Source of the DNA: Bugula neritina
Lineage: Eukaryota > Animalia > Bryozoa
NCBI GenBank assembly: GCA_964035545.1
Contig: OZ037768.1
Location: forward strand, 23,469,319 to 23,533,318
DNA length: 64,000 nucleotides
Direction: 5' to 3'
Positions 39,289-51,200 of the stretch are shown here, piece after piece (the stretch's first letter is position 1; each line of letters starts with the position of its first letter). A model generated the notes under the pieces. The model saw only the letters and a program-made list of their open reading frames with translations. It did no database searches and was not told the DNA's origin. Both the position numbers and the translations under genes were made by a program.

Positions 39289-42200
39289 TTACTCCTCATC
39301 ACTAGAATCACTCTCTATCTTCTCCCCCATGATGTTCTCCCCCATGTCGTCCGTGCCGTCCCGGCTGTTATCTACTAGTCTGAGAGACACGACAGATAGC
39401 GAGTCCTTGAGACCAAAGCACAAGAGTTGTCCGTCCATAGCGACAGTCATGGCACTGATGCGAGTGTCAGGAGTGTACACAGCTAACACTACTCCCTTAT
39501 CTAAGTCCCACATAGAGATATCACCAGCGTATATTATAGCCTTGCTCCCACCTTTCAGTATGAAGATCTTATTCATTCCAAACTGAAAGTTCATTCCTTG
39601 GTAGCCATGGATCTTACGCAGTGAGCTCTTTTTAAAGGGCTCCCAGATACGCAGCTCACAGTTTCCTTTACCAAACAGAACTCGTTGAGCGTCGTCAGAG
39701 ATACCGATGGCGCAGACATCTTTCTCATTCTTTAGCCTCTTTCTCACCGTCCCCTCAAAGCAGTCCCACAGTGTCACGTAGCTCACCTACAAACATGGAA
39801 ACATGTTATGAACTGGGATGACACACTCTTGAACAACATATTAGAGCATGGTATATCTGCCATAACAGCAACCACCCTTCAGTAGCCTTCGAGTTAAAAG
39901 TTCCCAACCTTGGAAATATAATCTTCCCTAATTAGTTTCAAGTTTGTGACTTATCAAATGTTGTCAACTAGTTTCAATGCTGTACTTTGGTTCATTATAC
40001 TCAGTTTATACAACTATTAATATAATCATGACCAAGTCACTGAAAGAAGAAGCCTTAAGGAGTAGGGGGGCTTCTATTAAAACCTGGTATTCTATTTATA
40101 GCTGCCTTTTTACAAGCTGAAAAAGATGGACTAACTTCATTAAGAAACAATTTGCTGACATCAAAGATGTGTTTCATCAGATATGTTAAAGATATGTTAA
40201 TAGTAATGGTCATATGCTAATTATCTATACATGTAACTTTTCTTCTAACTTCTTCTCACATCAATTTTGAACTCTATCTATATATTACATATGCAGATTA
40301 TTCAATTTAATTTACAGCATAAACAAGAAACTTATATTTCAGATTGCATTACTTCTACAATTACAGAGAATTACAAATTTATAACCATGAGCTTCAAAAT
40401 GCAAACCATCCATGTTTCATCATATAGCAGCTACGTCACATGACCTAACAAAATGATTTCAGCATTTCTAAATTTTGGAACTCCATTTGAATGTCACGTT
40501 GTCAAAGTGATGCCATACTAGATTAATTACTTCAAGACATCCACTCAGTGCATGTTACTTAACCTCAGTTTAAAAGTCAAGGTTTAGTCTTGAACCAAAA
40601 TTGTTATAAATTCACCCACTCAACTTTCACTCCAAACCAAACAATCAAAAGTTACTTAAATGATTCAAATTGAAGCCGTAGACACATTATACATAGATTG
40701 CAATAGTCAGTATATAATATATCTCAAAGCACTTATTTTGGGCTAGAAATATAAGTTACTTGTAGCTATGGTTGCTAGGATACCGGTATACATATAAATA
40801 AACATGTATACCCAGTAAAAGATATTAATTAAGAAAATTAGCATTGACCAATATCTTTAGTTTAATGGAAGTGACTTGGTGTAAGCACTGAGACACTATC
40901 ATATTAGACGCTGTCACTACATTGCTCTATGCTTTCTATAATTTGCTAATTATTGCTAAGTGATAGCTGAAAGCTATTTCTAATTCACAATCAAAATTAT
41001 GAAAGTCGCTCCCACCATTGATACAAGAATAGTATTGCTTTTTCCTCAAACTTGAAGTTTTTTTTGAAATTCTATTGATAACTAAATTTCAATTAAAATA
41101 GATAAACTGTTCCAAGTGTAGCTTTCAGAAATTCATACATTGACTGCTATTTTAAACGATGCAGTCTACAAGATATGACATCATACCATGAACTAACCAA
41201 TAAGCTGCTTACCTTATCATCTTCATCGTAGTTTGTATGGACGAGAAAGCTGCCGTCGTATGTGAGGGCCGCGACGTAAAGATGTAGCAGGGAGTTGTCA
41301 TTCTCTAGCGTCTGTACATGGTCTTTCTTTTCCATATCAAACACACAGAGATGGTGAGAGAAAAAGGAGGCAACTACAACTTTCTCATCACCTACAGTAG
41401 ACGTAGTAAATACTTTATTATGAAAAATACTACGCGAATAAATATGATCTATTTTCATGCAATAGATATAACATAAAAAATAATGACTTTTAATATAATA
41501 CGTTGAGTCAAATGTAATGTATATAATTTTGTATTAGTAATGAAACGCTAATTCAAATATATAGCAATGGAGCAGTGGGTAGATAAGTTGGTCTAGTGTT
41601 CAGGACCAGAGCATCATCAGTGAGGTCAGGAGAGGCACTCAATTACTCCTGTGTAACTGTTGATGTTCTCATATTGTAAGAATGGTTTGATGTAAATTCC
41701 ATAGTATTATTATCGTAGCATTTTTACAGAGTTTTGTGATCATAAAAAGTTTGTAATAATTATACAACATGAATAATGTAAAAAATTAAAACTCTAATAA
41801 GATAACAAATAATATGTGAAACAAACCGCTTAGTATGAACTGCTCGACTCCATTTTCTCTCTCTTTTCGCTTCTCTTCCATTTCCTTCAACTCTTCTTCC
41901 AATTGCAGCTCTCGTCTTTTCTGACGTTTCTCGGAGGACTCTGTCCGTCTGTCCCAGGGTGTCATCTTAGCAGTGTACTGCCTCTTTTTCATGTGAACCG
42001 AAGCTTCCTGGTTCAGATGGTTAGCAGTCATGTCTGACTTGGACTGAAACGTTGGCTTTATCCGATACGCAATCGTACCTGGAGTAGAACAAACTCGGTT
42101 TGTCTTTTCATCTTCAGATAACTTCGAAGCCATTTACAAAGTGAATTTAAAAACATTTTAGCCTATCTTTGTGAAAAGGCAAATACGCATTTAGCCAAAA

Positions 42201-45200
42201 TCAGAAACCATAGCTAAGTGCTGCTTGCAGCACATTTGTTATGAACATATTATGAAACCAAGTGCGAGGTTAGGGGACGTATATCAACTCCTCCACCTAC
42301 CGGTTGAGAGACTCCAGATATAGATCTGGTTCCTGTTCTCTGATAGGCCCATCAGCAGGTCATCGTTGAGCAGTTTAAACTCGTGAGCTCTGGAGGGGAT
42401 GATATACACGGCCGGTACTTTGCGTTCAAATCTCTTCGCTCTCAGATCGTATATGTAGACAGACTGGTAGATGTTGGAAGAGCCAGTAATCCCCTTATCA
42501 GCTAAAATGTAGAGTACTAAGGCTATAGACTAAGGAAGCTAATGCTATGGTGACACGGAAAAGATTTGGGTCATAAAAAAAATACAGAATAAATGAAATC
42601 AAAATATAGCATACTTGCTATAATCCCTGAATTTTATAATATATCATTATATTTATGATATTATTATAAATATTTAGCGAAAATATACATATTTGCAAGT
42701 AGAGAACAGTTGTTAATAACACGGGTGGTGGACACAAACACTCAAACCTGAAATAGAAGGAAGGGTGTGCTAGGCTAATAGTAGACACAGCATCACGTGG
42801 GTTAATGAAAAAGCTGCTACAACTTTTTTGTGTGGGCCTATTATTTTTTCAAAATAAGTTAAAGGAGTTTTAAAGACCTCTCCTTTGAAGCCTTACTCAT
42901 CATAATTAAGCAAAGTAATAAAAATTATTACCTAATGTTTTATAGGAACCATTAAACAATTTTAACAGGAGCAAATAAAAATTGATTAGAAAATTTTTCT
43001 AGAACTTAATTTATTGAACTACAATTCCTTGTTATATACACACGGTTATTTCAATATATTTCTATGTTATTATCTATAGGAAATTCTAGGCATGGTACTT
43101 GTAGATGCACCATGACTAACTACATTTGTTTAAAGTAATGATATCAATTTACATTTATATTAAGCAGTAGTAAGTTTTGATAGTTAAAGAAGAGTTTGTG
43201 TGTTATTGGGGGAATAGCTTTTCTCTGACAGTCTACAATTACTAAATACCTTCCGTATAAGGCCGACGGAGATGATTTTGTGAGGGATTGCTCTCTCCGG
43301 AAAACCGGCCTGAGATATGTACAAACAAAATCATGAATAAACTGAATGCATGAGTAAAATCACTTTTGCAAAACTTCTTTAGTCCTTAGTCTATTATTAA
43401 CCATTGTGGGGATAGACCATTCTATTAATAGACATTGTGGGAAAGACTGTTATATTAATAACTATAAACTATCTTAGTTGGAAAATTTTCCAAAAACTTC
43501 AAGGGGTAACTATACTTGTGTCTGAATTCCTTTGCAGCATCTAAATTTTGAATTGAATATGAAATATGAATCAACAGGGTTGGGTATTATAAAAATCTTC
43601 TACACTATTTTACGGTATATAATTTGCATGCAAGCAGTCAGCCATTTTGGAGAGCACTATGCCTGCATGCCAAAGCACAAGTTGACAACAAAATGGTGGA
43701 CACAGAGGTTGTTACAATATTCACTGATATATAAGGATTAATCAGCTTATATAGAAGCAGCACAATTTCTGCCTCAAATGCTACCATAACAATTGACATC
43801 TTCCAGTCTACTTAAAACCTCTAAATTTTACCAAATGTTCTTGTTGAGTTGAAATGTGACCTCCAAGTGAGGACACAACAAATGTGACACAACACCATTT
43901 CTCAATAACATTCCCATGCTTTGTTTGGCAAACAAATAACCACACACAGTGCATGCATGAGATCAACTCACAAGCATGAATTATATAAAAACTCTTATTA
44001 TTCCGTATGCTGCTAATGACTTCAGTGTTGAAGGAAGAGAAGCTGTGTGAGCTGAACCTTACCGAGTATGACTGCCTTAGTATTTCTAATCACCACGATG
44101 TCTGTCGGGTCAACCAGACCGTGTTCTATTCTAACAGCAGTTCCACTAGTTTTGCCTTTGGCAACGTTCCAGACAGCAAGGGGTCCGTTGTCAGTGGCGG
44201 AGGCAACAACGTAACGGGGGTAGTCCTTCATTGCCACAAGATCAAATACTCCCACACTCTGTTTCATCTGTTGTTATACAATAATGTCGTGTAATACACT
44301 TTGTAAGTATATGTAATATATGGTATAATAAGTATATAAAAATACATGGTATAGTATGCAACACTATACTGTATAACAATTTGTCAATAATACGAAAATC
44401 GCTAAATGCAGCACAAAACTCTGGGTTTGGGTTCAACAACAGTGTGTGAATAAACAAGTTTTGCTTATTGCACTCGTGACCCCAAGCTTTGTGCTGAATT
44501 TAGCAATTTTCTAACAATACTGCTGATAAAAAGCAACTAAAACAAATGTATTGAAACACAATTTAGTCTTCTGCATAGTCTCAGTGAGACTTACTTTTGG
44601 TGCAGGTTTGATGATGGAGCCGCTGAGATTCCATAGTCTGAGAGTGCTCTCCCCTTTACTAGAGGTGAGTACATACTGGAGAGTAACAAGGCCGGCTATG
44701 TGAGCTACCCCCGCATGGCTAGCCAAGTGCTTGTGTTCCTCAGTCTCCATGTTCCACACGGCCAAGTCGGAGGACCAGGTGTGGTGGGAAGTGCTGGAGC
44801 ACAGACAATGTGAGCCGGTGTTGTTGATAAACAGTCTCTCTATGTTATCCTCGTCACAGCCTCGGAGCGTTCTGACAAACGCACCTCCTGAAGTAGAGAA
44901 TATGTCGACGGCGTAAGGCATCTCCCTCTTTAAATACTTGAACTGATACCCTGCAGCAAAGTACTCTCCGCTAATAGCCAAAGCAGTGATTCTAGCCGAT
45001 TCATTAGAACAGTTGAGGGTATAGACTACGACACCCGTCTTGATGTTCTGCGTGAAGGCTGAGGCTTCGTCTTTGTATGCCACCAGCAGCTGGTCTCCAA
45101 AGGTCGTCTCGCTGATGAGAAGAGTTTTGTCTTTGTTGATGACAGACTCGGCTTTCTCCTCGCCTTCTTTCTTGTCCTCTAACTGACACTCTTTGATCAT

Positions 45201-48200
45201 CGAGAAGTCCAACTCGAGGTTGTAAGATCTGCAGAAGATAACCAAATTCAGTCAAGTTTTCAACTAAACTTGAACAATAGTATAGTTGAAATTTATAGCT
45301 TTAGGTCCACAATAAACATTGTGAAGAAGAATGTCACCTCATAGTGTTGACTCCAATCAAACAGCAGACGAGCACCTTGGTATTCTGGCTAATCGCAATC
45401 TTGGCATAGTCGTCGAACTCACTGAAGGAGAAGAGACATTGGGAGGTGTTGATGTCCCAAACCCTGACACAGCTGGTTTCTGAGGTCACAATCACCTGGT
45501 TCTCTAAGGCTACTAGAATCTACACATGCAAATGAAGAAAGATTAACTTAAATTATACAAACAATCTTTATTTGTTAACTGGTAGATTTAAGGGAGCTTT
45601 GTGATTTTCAACCAATTGGTCAACTTTACGTGATGAGTTTTAAGGATTAAGTATTCAATTACTATATGTTTGTATCTTTTATTGAGTTGTCTATGCGCAG
45701 CACTGAAAACATAAATTCTACATTGAAATTTATCTCTTCAAATCAGACGTATAGTAAAGTCATGTGCTTGTCTCTAAGGAGGTATAAATTATCTCCCCGC
45801 TAAGAGAAATATAATTATTATGAAGTTGTTCAACACAATGCAAGTGCCAAAATACACAACTTTGCAACTATAGAAGATATAATTGTCTGTTTCTCTTTAA
45901 ATACAGCTCTTGTATCAAAATATTGATTCAAAATCTAAAAATAGCAAGTTCCTTGTTCCCTTAAAACTATCTTCGTTCCCTCTGTGCCAATTACCTACCG
46001 AATGTGATGGATTACTGCAACTAAGTTTCAATTCTACTAATTAGTTTTCGATTTCACACAATAAACAGGCAATTCATTGTTTACATTCTCAATAAAAAGC
46101 AAAGTAACAGCTGCAATGTTATATGACTATATACTATATTGTAGCACATCACACTACGTTATGGGATATTATATGAAATTACTTTAAATTATATTATATT
46201 ATACTAATTAACTACAGTATACAATATTATGTTATATTATATGACATTGTAATATATTATATAATATTATATTTTAATATTACACCATATATATTATACT
46301 TTATTATTTTATATTACGTCATATTATATTACATTGTATTATATTTTAATATTATATTATATTTTATGCTGTTGTATTATATTATATTATATTTCATTAT
46401 GTTATATTATTATATGAATAATGCTGGCGGAGCATTAGCCTACATTCTAGTTAAAGCTGTATCAATAAGAAGGGTGGGCAAAGCAGAGTACCCTATTCTA
46501 TAGACATACACACAAACCTGCAGAACGTCTTTGCCAACTCCAGGTATAGTCTTAGTAACTTTCCCAGATCTCAAGTCCCACATCTTGATGGTATTATCGA
46601 GGGATGAGGAAACGCCCCGCATGCCTTCTGAAGTTAGACCAATGGCCGTGATCTCAGCCGTATGTCCGACAAGAATGTCCGACAAAGCACCACCTAGAGA
46701 AAGAAACCTTGATCTCTTATGATAAATGTAACAGCATTGTATATAACACCACCTTGATCTCTGTACCATGACTACGTGTACAAGTTTCTTGTAAGAGCAA
46801 TGAAGTAAATACGGAGCCCAGTGTAAAGGCTACACGTCGTATAATGATGTGGCGGGGGTGTAGGTAGGAGTGTAGGTGGGGCGTAGGTGGGGGAATAGCT
46901 GGGGTGTAGGAAGAGAGGAACGTACCTGGAGGGGTGAGGCAGGTGATGGAGGGGTAGAAGGTGGGTATAGATGACCTGCTGATCTGAGCCATTAGGGGGT
47001 GACAGGCAGGATAGACCTTGGGGTCAGCTGAGGTCACCGGAACATCCTGAAAGGAGACAAACAGCAGACGTATAGCAGCTGATGTATAGTAGTATACATA
47101 TAGTAATATACATATAATAATATACGTAGGATAGTATACATATAGTAATATACATATAACAATATATATAATAGTATACATATAATAATACACATATAAT
47201 AATATACATATAAATATATGCATATAATAGTATACATATAATATACATATAGTAATATATATAATAATACACATATAATAGTATACATATAATATATATA
47301 TAGTAATATACATATAATAATATACATATAGTAATATATATAATAATATACATATAGTAATATATATAATAATATACATATAGTAATATATATAATAATA
47401 TACATATAAATACCTTCATGATCAAACTCCTAAGTCTGCCAGAAAGCTGAGAGCCGAGTTGTTTTGGGTCTTTCTCAAGTACTACTCTGCTAAGCTGAAA
47501 TGTCTCAAGTAATATGTTCAAGTCCTTATCTTTAGGCTCAATAGATATTGCCAAGTAGAAGTCATCAAATATGGTTCGTATCCCAGAGCCACATAGCTTG
47601 GCCAACAACCACTCATAATTACACAAACACTCAGACTTTAGCATGTCAAACTGGTTGGAGTTAATGAAGTGGTACGGTAACTCGTTCAACGCTCTCTTAT
47701 TGTACACAATGCTAGTCGTTCCGTCTTCTTTTTCCAGCTCGTAGGTGAGGTTTTGTGATGCCACATATCGCGGAACACCGTCTTCGTTGTTGGGAGTTGG
47801 CTTATTTTTCCCGCTCCACATTCCAGTGAAATATTCTGCCATTGCTTTGTGGTATGAAGGAGCCTAAACAGTCATGTTATATATTCATATAAAGATAAAA
47901 CTCTTGCGTACTGTGCACAGTAATTGTGTTGATTGTGTAGTTGAAGTGTGTTACAAACAGCAAACTTTAAAGGGTTGCAATCATCTTTATTCTGTCAAAT
48001 ATTTGATGAGTAGAGAATGCATATCAGGTAAGTAAAATTATGCTGAATGCATCCTTGTTGATGTTTATTAACTAAAAGTGGCTCTTTAGCTTAATTAAGT
48101 GTTATTTCTAAATTTTGCGCTGAAGAAATGTGACCATTGTATTTAAAATGGGACAACTACCCTAAACTATATACATAAACCAAATAAAACTAAATTATAA

Positions 48201-51200
48201 TGCAAAATAAAATAAGACAAAGCAATGGTCTATCATATCCCTTGCTTATAAATTAGATACAAAGTTATAAATAAATCTAGCTGCGCTTCATTGTCACGTT
48301 CTGATTGCCCAAGATAGTTTGAATTTACAAGCCCTGTGGGAGTAATCACCACACTGCAGTAATGAGCAGACGATTCTGGTTAGATATTTATTTTGTATAC
48401 AAATAGACCCACACAGTTGTTATGTAATTATGTAATTATATGCATTATGTATGTATATGTATGTTAAAAAAGGATCTTCAGATGGGATTGTAAATAAAAC
48501 TTTATCACTTTACTGCCTGCAAAGTTTTAATAAACACTTATCACTTACTCTGTCACACTATTTACTCTGTCACACTACTCACTCTGTCACATGCTACTCA
48601 CTCTGTCACACTACTCACTCTGTCACACTACTCACTCTGTCACACGCTACTCACTCTGTCACACTACTTACTCTGTCACACTACTCACTCTGTCACATGC
48701 TACTCACTCTGTCACACTACTCACTCTGTCACATGCTACTCACTCTGTCACATGCTACTCACTCTGTCACACTACTCACTCTGTCACACTACTCACTCTG
48801 TCACACTACTTACTCTGTCACACTACTCACTCTGTCACACTACTCACTCTGTCACACTACTCACCCTGTCACACTACTTACTCTGTCCCGCTGTAAGAGA
48901 TATCTCTCGGCAGCAGCCTCATGATACTGAGTGTGTGACCATTGGATAGTCTTTAGTCCGTCTGCTGCCAATTCTGTTACATAACTTTTCAAGTCTTGCC
49001 TCAGCCGAATGAGCAATGCAGGAGGACATCTTCTAATCTCCAACTACAAGAAAAAATGTTTCAATTGCTATTTCTGAATAGTTCTACAGGAGTTATCTAT
49101 CCATATTTCCCAGGCAAGCATTTCATAAACTATTAATGATGACCAAGAAAATAACTTTACTCGATCACTCAAAAGGTTACTTTAGTATTAGAGTGTTATA
49201 TACTTGAAACTGTGTATTAATGCAGAAATTACACCTGAAATGCTTTAAGTTTTCTAAGAATAATCACCTTGTACTGGACGCACAACTCCTCCATCACCAT
49301 GTCGTCCAATGAAATTAAGTCTTCCAGCTCATTGAATGTAACACCTTTTCGTGATGCTGTTATGTAGCCCAAAGCCCTTCTTACCAATGGCTCTCCGTGA
49401 TCTTTTTCCAAGCGGGCAAAAGCTACGGTAGCGACTCTACAAAAGGTATTCCTCAGATACAGGAAACAGGAAATGATCTTGCATGACTTCAAATCGATTT
49501 CAAATTTTCAATAAAAACCAACTTTTAAGTACAACTATCAAAGTTAAATCAACTTTGAGGTAAAGTTAACTTTTACTAGTTAATTGAGCAGAATTTGACT
49601 ACCTTTTGACAGCAGAGGCCAGCTTGTAGTTTTCTGGAAGAAGGTAGCTGGACCATTGAATAGCCTCGTGGAAAGCCGTCTGCAGAAAGAGGGGGTTGGG
49701 ACAGTCTTTGTATGCCTTCATTACCGTGTTGTACTGGTCGTCTGTGAGCGTGCGATTGGCTGAGCTTAGCCAATGAGACATGATTACTGCTGCATCCTCA
49801 GCCTGCAAATAATTTCCAAAATTTTAACAATATTTTTACATTGATGGTAATTATTGGCTAAGAATAAATACTTCCTCAATTTGGAATGAGTTTTTGAAAA
49901 ACAACCATGATGACTTATTGCTTTTTATAACTAAATGATAAAGAGTATACATATAATTACTTATAGAAAACTAGACTGGTGATAAAGAGTATACATATAG
50001 CCAATTGTTTAATATTAAATATACAACATAGGACTAACTGTTAAACAGTGAAGAAATGCTATAAAGAGTATACATACAAGTACCTAATAACTATTAGTTA
50101 AAGACTAAAGAGTATACATGAAAACCCGACTTACTGGCAGTTTTTCCACTTCCAGAAAGTTCTTCTCCATTTTACCCCATAACTTCTTGGCGGCTTCAAG
50201 TACTACCATTTTCTCTTCAGGTTGGCAGGAGAAGATAACTTTAACATGGGGAGGCAACTCTTTAGGCATCCATGGCAGTTTCCTTGCATCATGCTCATCT
50301 ACAATGTATGACATGTTTATATTATATAATTCAGTTTAAACTATAGACAGATGTCAGCTTACAGAGCTGAAACGTTGTTATGGGAAAGATAAATGCTACA
50401 TGCCTTAATGTTGACTAAATTCTAAAGCAACAGACAGACTAACCTGTTGTGTACACAATATATAGCCAGCTAGAGTTTGTAATATAGACACTGACGCCAT
50501 TTACCAACCAATCATACAGCCAATAATGATATAACAGCATATTTTTACATCAAGAAAATAAATATATAATAGTATAGTATATAGTATAATAATATATAGT
50601 AGTATAACACTATATAATAGTATAGCATATAATATAGTAGTATTTAATGTAGTAGGATTTAGTATAATATGATAGTGCATATTATATAATATATTACATA
50701 ATTTACATAAATTGTATTAGCAAAGATGCCACATATTATACACATGAAAAGCACCTTACAGTTAGTATTACAAGCATGTTATTGGGAGTTATTCTCACCT
50801 GCTAGTTGGTCTACTGAGTCAATCACAATTATCAGTGGCTGATCAGCTGTTGCAAATTTTATTCTTTCAGAAAAATCATTCACTAATCCTCGATAACCCT
50901 GAAATATGTAAAGTATGTGATAAACTAAATTAAAAAATGGTAAAAGAAAAAATTTGATAAATGCAACATTATTTTATAGTAAATTTGAAATAAGTTTGGG
51001 TAAAATATTACCTGCAGTATAGACTAATTTAATTTTTTTAGAGGGAAGCATTGAGGAACTATAATAACTATTCCAAGTGGAAAATTGCTAAGAGATAGAA
51101 TTCAGGAGTGTTTAGAGTAAATTGGAAAGTTGTTACATAGTAGCTGAAAATTTCCAATAGGAAATAAATGCCTGTAAGGCGGGAAAGTTATTAGACAATT

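Noticed and set aside
42330-42350. LSENR peptide shared between a WD40 exon and the 30-nt microexon
   Set aside because: Only about 11 identical nucleotides; compatible with chance.
46717-47405. Tyr/Ile-rich membrane-like ORFs
   Set aside because: Read-through of an AT satellite intron bounded by valid GT-AG sites.
48451-48949. Repetitive His/Cys/Thr ORFs (HSVTLLTLSHYSLC)
   Set aside because: Translation of the 17-bp minisatellite on the non-coding strand.
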